Positions 22,064-35,711 of a stretch of 64,000 bases of DNA are shown here, in pieces (positions within the stretch are counted from its first letter, which is position 1; each line of letters opens with the position of its first letter). This stretch comes from Blastocladiella emersonii ATCC 22665 (taxonomy: Eukaryota > Fungi > Blastocladiomycota): the NCBI GenBank assembly GCA_025594325.1, contig JANHCV010000004.1, positions 2,232,001-2,296,000 on the forward strand, given 5' to 3'. A model generated the notes under the pieces. The model did no database searches and was not told the origin of the DNA. It was given only the letters and a program-made list of their open reading frames with translations. Made by a program: the position numbers and the translations under genes.

Positions 22064-23227
22064 ATGGGACTTACTGAAGTGCATCCAGCACCGCTCACTC
22101 TTGACCAATCGCGAGCGCCGACGGCTCACGCTCGTGTGGCACATTGCCCTTCAGGAAGTCTTCACGTGGAGCCGTGCGAGCTTCCTCGCTGGGATCACGG
22201 TTCTCATCTACGCTCTCGCTCTCTACACGAGCGCCAAGCTGTATTTCAAGACACGGACAAAGTATTATGCCGTCCTGAGTCTCGTGGCTATCGGCCGGCT
22301 GATTCTCGTGTACGGGCTCATCGTATCGATGGTCGCCCCAGACACGGCTCCGATCGAGTTTGCGCGTTTCGTGATCCTGGTGGAAGGCGCGAGCGGCGTG
22401 GCGTTCGTCATCCTCAATGCGACGCGGTACGTGCCCAGTGGTTGTTCTTTGCCCAGCCTCGGTTGTGTCTGACGGCGGTCGTCATAGTCTGTATCGGACC
22501 TGCTACACTCGCTACAAGCGAGCGGTCCAGGTCCTCGTCGCGGGTGCTGGCGTCTCGGCGTTGTTGCAAGTCGCGGTCAACCTGTGGCTCTTCGCTCTGA
22601 CCTGGACTGCGCAGGGCTCCTACGACGAGGGCGCGATCCACACGTACCTTGGTACGAACAACGCGGGAAAAGACATGCACGCATGCGCTGACCTCCCTCG
22701 CAACGCGCAACGCTTAGCCTGGACCATCATCGATGCATTGGTCAACTTGGCCATCTCGCTTACATTCGTCATGTTCTTGCGCGAGCTCACCGTTGCCCCT
22801 GCCGGTGGGATGACCATGCGCGAGGACATGGTCGGGCTGATCCGACACATCCAGATCATGCTGCTCGCCGAGGCCTTCCTGATCATGGCCATTTCGATCG
22901 CGCGACTTGTGGATCCCATGTTCGACCCGAGCTACCTATCTATCTTCTTTGCCGACGCGGTCCGTCTTCGCATCTTCAGCTCGTACGTTACACCCCGCGC
23001 AGCGATCGTACCTCTCTCACCGTGGCTCAACGTCTAGGTTCCTCGACGGGCTCAGCCGGGTGATGAAGAAGAAGAGCGCGAGCAAGTCGATGCGCGTCAC
23101 GAGCTCGTCGACGTCGGCATCCACGTCTCGCGTGTCCAAGGACCAGGAGAGCGCTTCTCCGTCCAAGTCGATGCTCATCCGGTCGGTTACGGCGACCTCG
23201 GAGGCAACTGGCGGCGACCGCTCGTGA
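22064..23227 (+). CDS. Orphan 7-TM (GPCR-like) protein, family member 1
   Basis: Exon 1 is MGLTE. About seven hydrophobic segments, with WTIIDALVNLAISLTFVMFLREL, DPMFDP and FADAVRLRIF, then an S/T-rich tail. Four GT-AG introns. Confidence 0.8.
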
Positions 23228-23628
23228 GCGAGGCGCCGTCAAGGTCTTGGTCGACACGGTCGGCGATTGTGAGTTGTGGTTTGTGCTTCCGGTCCAATGA
23301 AACCGTTGAATCACCATCGCGAAGACCAGCGACTACGATATGTTCTCGCACGCGCTGAATTGGCGACGATCACGCGTAGAGATCAGCCGTCATCGCTATC
23401 GCACGTCCGACTCAACCTAACCGACCTTCAAGACGTTCCTCGCCTGGAGCGTGCGCAAGTGAACAAGGATAAGCTGTTTCAGGGCGAGATGCTGCGCCGC
23501 TACTACCGCCAGGTCGCACCTCAGCCGTGATCGGGAGAGTTGACTCAATTGATCTCAAGGGGCTGGGATGGAACCGCCTGGCCCTTGCGTTGCACAATCG
23601 TTCATCGCTATAAAGCACCAGTTCCCCG
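22412..23628 (+). repeat. Right arm of the 1,217-bp inverted duplication
   Basis: Begins CCTCAATGCGACGCG and ends GCACCAGTTCCCCG. One mismatch seen near the outer end (19257). Confidence 0.95.
23609..23615 (+). promoter_or_regulatory. TATA-like element upstream of the MFS gene (duplicated at 19264-19270 on the minus strand)
   Basis: TATAAAG lies about 60 nt upstream of ATG 23672, in otherwise GC-rich DNA. Confidence 0.4.
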
Positions 23629-23671
23629 GCTCAAAGGGCACCGAAACTCTTACGTCGGTCAAGCTTCAAAG

Positions 23672-25256
23672 ATGGCGATGAATTCCGACAGCACGGCAAT
23701 GAATTCCAACAGCGCGGCTCTGACCTGGTTCTAGTGGCTCCGCTACCACCCGCGGTCGATCACGCTCTTCGCCACGGCAACGGTCTTTGCCGACATGTTT
23801 GTCTGTATGTGTACATCGGACTACGCATCGGCATGCGCGTCCACTGACTCTGACCACTTTCACAACGTAGACACCGCCGTGATCCCGATCCTCCCCGAGA
23901 TTGCCATCAACAAGCTCGGCAGCACCCCTTCCCAGGTCGGTCTGCTCGTGTCCATGCTCGGTACGAGTTGTACCCCCTGTCATCGTGCTCGACTCACGTA
24001 CTAACAAACTGTCTCCTCGTACTAGCCATCGCCCAGCTCATCACGACCCCAATCTTCGGCTGGGCGTCGGACAAGTTCGGCTCGCGTAAGTACCGTGTCG
24101 TCATCAGCCTCGCCATCCTCGCCGGCACCTCGGCGCTGTACGTGGTGGTCACCGAGTACTGGCACTTCCTCGTCGTGCGGGCGATCCAGGGCGTCGCCAC
24201 TGCGGGCAACCTCACGCTGAGCTTTGCTCTCGTCGGCGACGTCTACCCGACGTCGAAACTCGGTGTCGCCACGGGCATCGCGCTCGCGGGCATGAACGCC
24301 GGCGGCATGGTGGGTCCCGCGATCGGCGGCCTGTTGTACGGCGAGGTGGGGCCGTCGTCGCCGTTCTGGGCCGCCATGGTGCTCACGGCGGCGTGTTTCG
24401 CGTACCGGCTCTTTGTCGACGACGAGCCTGCGCGTGCCTACAAAAGGGCGCAGCTCGAGGCTCAGAACGGCACTGCTGGCACCTCGCATGCGTCCATCCT
24501 GACGCTGATGCGCGCTCGCTCCGTGTGGCTCAACGCTTTCGTCGTTTTCGTGGTTGGCCTGCTCATTGCTGGGCTCCAGCCCATCCTGCCGCCGTACCTC
24601 ACGGCGCAGTACGGCACTTCGGTTTCGGTGAACGGCACCGTGTTCCTCGCTCTGGCAGTCCCCGGCATCGTGTTTGGTCCCTTTGGTACGCGCCTTTCTT
24701 CCCAAAGTGCTGCAGCCTCGTCGAATAATTGCTGACCTCCGCCGTGCCCGTCATCCGAAACGTAGCCGGATACCTGTGCGATCGTTTCACCACGCGCCCG
24801 GTCCTCATTTTCAGCATCCTAGCGTTTTCTGCGACGGCACCGTTCGTCGGGCTCCCCATCTCGTTCGCCTTCACATTCGTGGTACTAGTCGTCCTTGGGG
24901 CCGCATTCACCGTTGCGCTGTCGCCGCCGCTCACGTCCATGGGCGCGTACATTGACGCGCACCATCGCGACTCGGCGGGCCAGGTGTACTCCATTTTCCA
25001 CATGTCGTTCGCGACGTCCCTCTCGCTCGGCCCGATCGCCGCCGGCGCCATGTACGAGAACTTTGGGATGCTCGCGTGCACGGGGCTTTTTGCCGGGCTG
25101 TCTCTCGTGATTGCGGCGGTGTATGCAGTGCTGGATCGTGGCGCGACCACCACGAGTCATCAAGTTGTCGGCGACGAGGAGTCGGACGAAGCGAAGCCGG
25201 CGGCGGTCGAGATGACATTTGAGCAGTTCCTTCACTCGCGCGTTAACCAGGAATAA
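23672..25256 (+). pseudogene. MFS transporter (DHA1/SLC18-like) with an in-frame TAG at codon 21
   Basis: MAMNSDS...TWF*WLRYHPRSITLFATATVFADMFV-Y-TAVIPILP. Motif A GWASDKFGSRK; RAIQGVA; GGMVGPAIGGLL. TAG at 23732-23734. The downstream exons look intact. Confidence 0.7.
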
Positions 25257-25696
25257 AGTCAGTTCTCTCCCTCCCTATTTCAACTCATCCTAAGCTTAAT
25301 AGTGTTGCTTCAGTCGTATCCTCGTGGAAGGTCTGCTCAGAGGCCAGCGAATGTCCGGCCATCGTGACTTCGTGCTGGATATCGTTGAAGCGTCATTTGC
25401 AACATTTAGACAATTACAGAGACTAGAGGAACGGTTTTGCGACCGTTCTTGACGGCCGCGAGCCAAACGGCGGCCGCTTGCGCGACGTGAGACGCGCTGC
25501 GAGACGCGTTGCGATATCATGTGATGCTCGGGGAGTCACTCCGCGGAGTCGGCGCCTGCGCGAGCCGGCCGTCCAGCTCCTCTCCTTCCGCGACGCCCCT
25601 GTTCTCCTTGACCTAGTGCAACGCAACCACTTGATGCAACAGTCTCCGTGAACCCCACGGACCTCATTAGACCCCACGAATCAACGCCACGCTACG

Positions 25697-26748
25697 ATGC
25701 CGCGCTACGTCCGCCGAGGCCGCCGGGTCCACGACAGCGACGACGACGAGATGGAGCTCGACGAGGACGAGGACCGCGCGATGCTGGACGGTCTTTCGCA
25801 GCTGATTCTGGGCCGCGGCGACGGCAGCGGCGGCCGGGGAGCCGAGCCCATCCGCGCACCCGTCGGGCGCGGCCGGCGCCGCGCCGGCGCGGAGATGGGG
25901 ATCTCCGAGTTTGCGCAGTCGCAGATCCCGCTCCTAAAGGCCGAGAGCGGGCAGATCAGCGAGAACATTGGCGTTGCCGTCGAGCTCATGGCCGAGATCG
26001 CCGCCGAGTGCGCCAGCATGGACGACTTCCCGCCCGTCGACCAGATCCTCGAGTCGGTCGCCGCCCTCGACGAGCTCCTCGTCAACGTGCACCGCCAGGA
26101 CGCGGCGCTCGACTCGATCAAGACCCAGCTGCTCACGAACGACGAGGCGTATCCCGTACCGTGTCGCTGCTGTGTTGTGCTGGCGGGACGCCGGAGTGCT
26201 AACCCGCGCGTGCGTGCGTGTAGACGCCCGAAGACCTTGCGCGCGAGTACGCGTCCATTGCGGGGTCGACGGACCCGATCGACACCAAGTCCAACCTCGT
26301 TGCGGAAGTGCGCGCCGCCGTCTACGTACGCCTCTCTCCGCGTCACCCGCGCATTTTAGACGAGCCGCACTCACCACCCCTCGCTTCCCCTTCGTAGGCG
26401 GCGTCCAAAAACGCCAAGTACGCGCCGGAGCTGGGCGACGACGAGGACCTGATGGTGACCGAGGAGCGCGTGGACTACAAGGACCCGCTGACCATGATCC
26501 TGATCGAGCACGTCGTCAAGTCGGGCGAGTGCGGGCACATGTTCGAGGACGCGACGATCCGCCAGTTCATCCGCGAGCAGAACGGCCGCGCCGAGTGCCC
26601 CGTGACCGGGTGCAACAAGTACGTGACGGCGGCCGCGCTCGTGCGCGACCCGCACACGGAGCGCAAGCTGCGCAAGTTCAAGGCCGAGCTCGAGAAGAGC
26701 CAGAACCGACGCAAGCCTACTGAGGAGTACGAGGTTGTGGATGATTGA
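25697..26748 (+). CDS. NSE2: SUMO E3 ligase Nse2/Mms21 (SP-RING), Smc5/6 subunit
   Basis: C-terminal DPLT..IEHVVKSGECGHMFE...IRQFI...ECPVTGC zf-Nse pattern, preceded by an N-terminal helical region. Confidence 0.8.
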
Positions 26749-27104
26749 GATGTGAGTGAGGTTTGTGTGTATGCAGGTCGACTGCTTTTGGATTATGGTC
26801 CTGCCTTGTTGCGAGTCGCGAGTCGCGAGCTGTGAGTCTCGAGTCGCGTCTCGGTCGTCGCGTGTCGGTCGGTGTCTCCCGCGGATGGCCACCGTGTCTC
26901 TGCTCCTCGGACTAGCACGGCTATGCCGTGTCCCCCACCCTCATTCCTTGTTCACGCAGCGAAAGAACGCGGCCCAGCCCTCGATCTCCGGCGTGCTGGC
27001 CGGGGTGGGTTCTGAGCGAGCGGTGCGGCGCGTCCGTCCGTCTCACGCTCCGCTCCGACCCGCCCATCGATCACCGTGCGGATGAAACCCAGCCAACCCA
27101 AGTC

Positions 27105-28212
27105 ATGATGGGCCTGAATGAAACCCTCGACTGGAGCACGCCGAGCTACGTGACGGGTCTGACGTCGCTGACGTACCTGTCGGCGTTGTACTGGAGCGCG
27201 GACCTGTACCGCGTGAAGCGGTCGCGGTACTACATGGCGCTCGTCGGTCTGATCGCGATGCGCATGGCGTTGCTCGCGCTGACCGTGACCGAGCAGGCGC
27301 TACACGCCTTTGACGTGACACTGGTCTCGCGGTTCGGGACCGTGCTCGAGTGGATGTGCAGCCTCGCCCACCTCGCCCTCAACGCGGCGCGGCTGCATGG
27401 GATGTGCTACCACCGGACCAAGCGCGCAGTCCAGATCCTGCTCGGGTGCGCGGCTGTCGCCGTACTCGTCGAGACGGCGGATCTGGTGTGGACCGAGATC
27501 GTCCCGTGGGCGGGCAACAGCAAGGAGGACGTGACGCGCGGCGCCGAGGGACTGGTGCTCGGTACGCAAGCTAGTGGCCGTGGCCGTCAATCCCAAGAGC
27601 TAACGGCTAACCTCCCCAGTCACACTAGTCTGGACGCTCCTGGACGAGCTGGTTAACAGCGCCATGTCGCTGCACTTCATCCTGTTCCTGCGGCAGCTTC
27701 TCGTCATTCCATCGGGCGGCCCCGCGGGCGGCGAGCTGCGCGGCGGGATGCGCGACCTGATCGCCAAGATCCAGTGGTTCATGGGCATCGAGATGGTGCT
27801 GGTCCTGGCCGTGACCGTGACCAAGCTCGCGGCGCCAGACCTCGACCCGACGTGGTCGACGCTGCACCTGACCGAGGCGATCCGGGTGCACGTCTTCTGC
27901 ACGTCGCTGTCGGGGCTGAACCGGATCATGCGGCGCACGACGACGGCCGTGTCGACGGGCGTGTCGTCGTCGTCCGACAAGCACAGCAGCGACATGTACG
28001 GGAGCAGCACGGCGAACCGGACCGCGACGCTGCAGGGGTCCAAGAGCGTGGTGATGGGCGGCGGCGGGACGATGATGCCAGGCACGACGACGCTCATCAC
28101 GGGCAGCGCGGCGTTCGCCCTGTCACGCGTGGGCCACGACGAACGGGCGCACAAGACGGTCGAGTATGGCGTGGCGGCGGGGCCCAGCTCTCAAGCGGAC
28201 AAGCAGCTTTAG
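27105..28212 (+). CDS. Orphan 7-TM (GPCR-like) protein, divergent family member 2
   Basis: MGLNETLDWSTPSYVTGL, KRSRYY, LNAARL, WTLLDELVNSAMSLHFILFLRQL, DLDPTW. A single intron at the family-conserved position before W-x-L-L-D. Confidence 0.8.
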
Positions 28213-28290
28213 CGCATCTTGTGTAGGGTAGTGCAATGATATAGATTTCTGATGAGCGAACGCGATCAACGACATAGCAGACAAACAAAC

Positions 28291-29292
28291 TCAGTAGCCC
28301 TTGGGGTGGGCCTGGTGGAACTTCCAGGCCGAGGCGACGATATCCTCGACGGACGTGTACTTGCGGGTCCAGCCGAGCACCTTCTCGGCCTTGGTGGAGG
28401 CGGCGACGAGCGAGGGCGGGTCGCCGGCGCGGCGCTCGCGGATGCCGGCGGGGATCGGGTGGCCGGTCACCTTGCGGGCGGCGTCGATGATCTCCTTGAC
28501 CGAGTACCCCTGGCCGGAGCCGAGGTTGAACTGGTTGGACGTGTTGTCGCGGACGAGGTACTCGAGGGCCTTGATGTGGGCCGTCGACAGGTCCGTGACG
28601 TGCACGTAGTCGCGGATGCAGGTGCCGTCCTTGGTCGGGTAGTCGTCGCCGTAGATGAAGACCTGCTCGCGCTTGGCGAGCGGGACCTGGAGGATCACGG
28701 GGATGAGGTGCGTCTCCTGGGCGTGGTCCTCGCCAATGGCGCCCGAGTCGTCGGCGCCGCACGCGTTGAAGTAGCGCAGCACCACCGACTTGATGCCGTA
28801 CGCCTGGTCGCACCAGTGCAGGATGCGCTCGACGGCGAGCTTGGTCTCGCCGTACGGGTTGACGGGCAGCTTGGCATCGTCCTCCTCGATGGGCGACTTT
28901 TGCGGGATGCCGAACACGGCGGCCGTGGACGAGAAGATGAAGTACTTGACGTCGAACTGGTGCATGACCTCGAGCATGTTGAGGGTGCCAGTCACGTTGT
29001 TCTCGTAGTAGCCGAGCGGGTCCGTGCACGACTCGGACACGACGATCGAGGCGCAGAAGTGGAACACGGCGTGCGGGCGGTGCTTGTCGAAGACGGCGAC
29101 GAGCGACGCCTTGTCGCGGATGTCGGCCTTCTCGAAGGCGACGCCCTCGGGGACCGACTCGATGTGGCCCGTGCTGAGGTTGTCGACGACCACGATCTCG
29201 TACGCGTCCTTGCCGAGCTTCCACAGCTCGCGCACGCAGTGGGAGCCGATGTAGCCGGCGCCGCCGCAGACGATGACCTTCATGGGCGCCAT
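28291..29292 (-). CDS. galE: UDP-glucose 4-epimerase, bacterial-type GalE clade, intronless
   Basis: GGAGYIGSH, VDNLSTGH, FSSTAAVFG, NPYGETK, LRYFNACGA, GEDHAQETHLIP, DGTCIRDYVHV. Confidence 0.95.
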   Translation of the reverse strand: MAPMKVIVCGGAGYIGSHCVRELWKLGKDAYEIVVVDNLSTGHIESVPEGVAFEKADIRDKASLVAVFDKHRPHAVFHFCASIVVSESCTDPLGYYENNVTGTLNMLEVMHQFDVKYFIFSSTAAVFGIPQKSPIEEDDAKLPVNPYGETKLAVERILHWCDQAYGIKSVVLRYFNACGADDSGAIGEDHAQETHLIPVILQVPLAKREQVFIYGDDYPTKDGTCIRDYVHVTDLSTAHIKALEYLVRDNTSNQFNLGSGQGYSVKEIIDAARKVTGHPIPAGIRERRAGDPPSLVAASTKAEKVLGWTRKYTSVEDIVASAWKFHQAHPKGY

Positions 29293-29628
29293 GGTTGTGA
29301 TTTGGTGCGTGTGTCGTTCGAGAGCGGGGATCGGGCGAGGGGCGGGCGCGCCTTTTAGCGCCTCTCGAGAAGTGGGCGTCGGCCGGCGCCAAGCACGCAA
29401 CAGCGCGCCGGCGCGCCGGTCACCTTGGGCGAGGGAAACGCGGCACACGTGGCGCCTCCGCGCGCCTCCGCCACCCGTGTGCCGCGCGTTTTGTCTCCCG
29501 CCCGCCGCCGCGATGCGCGTGGCAGGCCGCCCGGGTGACGGTGACCGCCGCGTGCCGATCGTTCGTTGAAAACGGAGACCAGCTCACCCTCGCCACCCTC
29601 TCTCCCCCTCAACCAACCCTAGACAACC

Positions 29629-30381
29629 ATGAAGCAGATCGTCCTCTTCGGCGACTCGATCACGCAGTTCGGCTACGACGTGGCGCAGCGCGGGTGGGTC
29701 GCGCAGCTGGCGTCGCGGGTGCAGGCCAAGCGCGACGTGGTGAGCCGCGGGTGCTCGGGGTACACGACCGCGACGTACCGTGCCGTGCTGCCGGCCTTCC
29801 TCGCGGCATCGTGGCCGACGCCCGCGGCTGCCGCATCGGTCGATGCCGTCGTCGTGTTCCTCGGCGCCAACGACGCGGTCCTGCCAGGCGGCGTCCAGCA
29901 CGTGCCGCGCGACGAGTACCGGGCGGGTCTGCGCGCGATCCTCGACGCCGTCGCCGCGCACTTCCCGCACGCGCGCGCCAAGATCGCCGTCGCCCCGCCG
30001 TGCATCGACGAGGCCGCGTGGGCCGCCGTGTACCTCGGCCGCACCCCCGCGGATTCGAGCGAGTATCCACGGCTCAACGCGGTGCTGCGCGAGTACGCCG
30101 AGACGGCCATGGACGTGGCGGGCGACGCGGGGTGGGTCGGCGTCGACTTTTTCGGCGCCCTGAGCGAGATCAAGGACGCGCCCGGCACCTTCACGGACGG
30201 GCTGCACCTCGCGGCGCCCGGCAACGATCTGCTCTACTCGCTCGTGTGGGACGCGCTCGTCGCCAAGTGTCCCGACTACGCCGACGAGATGGGCGCGCGC
30301 GGGTTCCCGTACTGGGCCACCTTCCCGCCCACGGCTGACAAGGACGGGATCCGCGCGATCGTCGAGGGTTACGAGTTCTGA
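29629..30381 (+). CDS. SGNH/GDSL esterase, IAH1-like
   Basis: LFGDSITQ, RGCSGY, FLGAND and TDGLHL are the four SGNH blocks. Confidence 0.9.
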   Translation: MKQIVLFGDSITQFGYDVAQRGWVAQLASRVQAKRDVVSRGCSGYTTATYRAVLPAFLAASWPTPAAAASVDAVVVFLGANDAVLPGGVQHVPRDEYRAGLRAILDAVAAHFPHARAKIAVAPPCIDEAAWAAVYLGRTPADSSEYPRLNAVLREYAETAMDVAGDAGWVGVDFFGALSEIKDAPGTFTDGLHLAAPGNDLLYSLVWDALVAKCPDYADEMGARGFPYWATFPPTADKDGIRAIVEGYEF

Positions 30382-30400
30382 GGTCTAGATGACGAATACA

Positions 30401-32022
30401 CTATTGACTCCGAGGACGCTTCTGTCGCAGCTCGCTCAGGTCCTCCCAAAAGTCGGGGCCCTCGGGGTGCCGGTTGCCTACATACACTCGCTCGCCTGCG
30501 GTCAGCGTCGTCGTCGAGTACCCGCGCCTCGCGGACTCAACGTACCGATCCGGTACATGGGGATGCAGTACGACCGCTCGGGCGGGAGCGCAAACTCGAC
30601 CTCGCCGTCGTCCCCATCCGCGCTCGGCCCATCCCCATCCAGATGCATCGGCCTTAGCCCGTGCGCGCGCACCATGCTCCCGAACGGGTCCTTGAGCTGC
30701 CCAAACACCCACGGGTGGTACGCGACCTTGAGCCTCGGCACCACGAGCGTGCGCGCCCTGTCATCCCCATGATCCCGCGCGTACGCGGCGAGGTCGCGGC
30801 ACAGCGTCGAGCACTCGGACCCGGAACACCCGCGCGTATCGCGGCGGAACTGAAGCCCCGCGACGAACGGCGCCGGGTCGAGCACCGCGCCGCCGTTCCA
30901 GCAGCAGTACGCGGCGAACGGCGCCTGCCGCTTCACCGCGTGTGCTTCGGCCGTATCCGCGGGGAACATGTGGTCGCCGTCGCCCTTTTCCCACACGCCG
31001 CCGCGCGTGTCGCGCGCGACCCACGTGTCGTAGAACTGCGGCGTGCGTGCGCCCGCCGGGTACCCGTAGTCGAGCCCGCACGCGAGCGTCGCGTTGCGCG
31101 CGACCGCCTGGTGCACCGCCTCGAGCACGTCCTCGGGGCACGCGTACACGTCGTTGAGGAACAGGATGCGATCGAATTTGGGTGGACTCGGGCCGACGGC
31201 CGTCGCGACCGTCGCCCCCGTCAACGGGTCAAACAGGTGCTCGAGCCTTTGCGCGCGGGGCGCGGTAACCGGCGGCGGCAAGTCGATCCCGGCCATGACG
31301 CGCAGCGGGGCAAGCGCTTGGTTGCGCACGCCCGCGAGGTACGCGATGCGGTGCGCCCACCACGGCCGCGCGTGCGCGTCGAGGACGACCGAGTGCCCGA
31401 CCCGCAGCGCGCGCAGGATCCGCGCGAGGTCGCGCAGCATCGCCTTGGTACGGTCCCCCGACCCGTTCTCGTACACGGCGACAAACGAGCGACCGGCGTC
31501 GACGCGCGACAGCACCGCGAGCAGCGTGGCCGCCAGGTCCGGTAGCACGTCCTCGGCGTTGAATAGGTTCAGCGCGATGTACAGGGACCGCGACCGCAGG
31601 CCGGCGTGTCGCGCGGACCACGCGCGCGGGAGCGGGAGCGCCGCGCAAAATCGCGGGACCACGGGCGCGGAGGGCGCGGTCGCGTTGAACAGTGTCGGCG
31701 CGAGCGGCGTGGCCGTGAACGTGCACGCTGGCGGTTGAGGGAGGAACAGCGTCGCGGCGCGCGACTCGCACGCGATCTGCTCCCACGCGCGCGCGCGCGC
31801 CGCGGCAAGTGTCTCGGCACCACCGCCGCCCGGCGACGTCGCGAATCCAGCTAGCCGGACGCGTGCGGCGTCGTCGTCGGGGCTGGTGAGCGGGTGCCGC
31901 ATCACGTCGACGTCAAACGCGACGAGGGCGGCGACGACGAGCGCCGCGCCGAGGGCGAGACACACGGCGCGGCACCGCGGGCGGCAGTGGCGCGGGGAGC
32001 GCGGCAAGATCGAGCGGAGCAT
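30401..32022 (-). CDS. Alpha-1,3-mannosyltransferase, CMT1/CAP59 family (GT69), type II membrane protein
   Basis: N-terminal TM helix; YENGSGDRT, RIAYLAGVRNQALAPL, ILFLNDV, CGLDY, FYDTWVARD, CCWNGGAVL, SECSTLCRD. One 3' intron. Confidence 0.88.
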
Positions 32023-32324
32023 GAATGGGTGTTGCGTTGCTGCAAGTTTCAGCGGTTCATGAGATTCATGGAGCACTTGATTCGGATCGGGGTGGGAGAG
32101 AAGGGAGGAGAATGTGGGCCGGGGTCGTGGTGGCTTTGTTTGACTTTCAACGCAGGCCAGCCCTCATGGTCCATGACCCGCCGAGCCGGAAACCCGCAAG
32201 CATGCATGTATCAGTCGTTATAGAGTGTATTATGCCAATTTATAGAGAGCGCCAGCAACGAGTAAGGGGTGCCGCCCGTGCCGCACTTCCGTGATCATCA
32301 CACCGACCATCACCACCCGCCCGC

Positions 32325-32849
32325 TCAGCGCCGGATCGCCGCGCCGAGCACAAACAGGAGCACAACGAGGAACCCGCCGCCGACGGCCATCCCGATGATC
32401 GCCGGCTTGGTGAAGTTGAACTTGGACGGGTCGTTGACCGACTTGTCAATGTCCTCCTTGGCCAGCGGGCCGAGCCCCGTCTGGATGATCGTCTTCTTCT
32501 CCTTGGGCAGGGCCGTCGCGCGCGCCGTCGCCCGCGCCGCCGCTGTGCCTGCCCGAGTCGCCGTCGCGCGGACCGCGGTCCCGGCGCGCGCCGTTGCCGT
32601 TGCTGGTGGCCGGGCGGGGGCAGGGGCGGCCGTTGCGCGAGCGGGCGGCGCAGCGGGCGGGGTCGCCGTGGCCCGTGGTGGTACGGGCGCCGGCGCCGGC
32701 TGCTGCTGTTGTGGCAGGGCGACGGGCGACGAGGCGACGAACACGGACGGCGAGTTGTCGCCGCCCCGTTGTCCGCTCATGAGCGCGAGCACGAGTGCCA
32801 GGACGAGGGCGAGGTAGACGATGGGGTGCGAAGACGAGGTTGACCGCAT
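32325..32849 (-). CDS. Small type I membrane protein with a P/A/T-rich ectodomain
   Basis: Signal-like IVYLALVLALVLALM, a P/A/T-rich stalk, and a C-terminal TM AIIGMAVGGGFLVVLLFVLG. Confidence 0.7.
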   Translation of the reverse strand: MRSTSSSHPIVYLALVLALVLALMSGQRGGDNSPSVFVASSPVALPQQQQPAPAPVPPRATATPPAAPPARATAAPAPARPPATATARAGTAVRATATRAGTAAARATARATALPKEKKTIIQTGLGPLAKEDIDKSVNDPSKFNFTKPAIIGMAVGGGFLVVLLFVLGAAIRR

Positions 32850-33382
32850 CGTGGTTGTGGGTGTGGTATCGATAGTGTGCGCGGGACCGCTTCTTGGTGT
32901 AGATATGTCGCTGCGGCCGGCGCAGGTCGAGGTTGGCGAGTGATATGGCGAGTGAGTGTAGCGTTCGACCAGCGAGCGACGGAGCGTTGAGAGAGCAGTA
33001 GCACCCGGGCGGCGGGGCCCGTGGCCTCCTTATACTTTCTCGCCCCAAAAGTCAGCCGCCCATGACGACGACGGCGGCCATGACTGACCCCGCGCCACGC
33101 CGCTTGTCGAAGAGCAGAAACGCGCCACAACGGGGCCGCGGTCGCGAATCCATTGCAAGCCCCACTCGAGCTCAGCCACGCCGTCGCGCGCGCTGCGCCA
33201 CCCGTGTCACCTTGACGCGGCCGCTGCTGCACCGTCGCAGAGGCGCGACGCGAGCGCGGAACGCTGGGTGACGCCAGCGCGGATATAAGGCCAGGCCAAG
33301 GCCGCCGCTCCGCTGCGCGCCGGCTGAGCCACAACAAATCTCTTGCCGTATATATTCATTCCGCTGCACGACGTGGGCTGGC

Positions 33383-35656
<2,274 letters not shown>

Positions 35657-35711
35657 TCATCAAGAGCATGGTTGGTACATCGTCATCATCAAAGTGAGCC
35701 GCCGCGGCCGG

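Noticed and set aside
26470-26490. Asp instead of Cys in the NSE2 'xCPLT' motif (KDPLT)
   Set aside because: As I recall, this first Cys is not a zinc ligand in Mms21-type SP-RINGs. The C-x-H and C-x4-C ligands are intact, so it is not evidence of inactivation.
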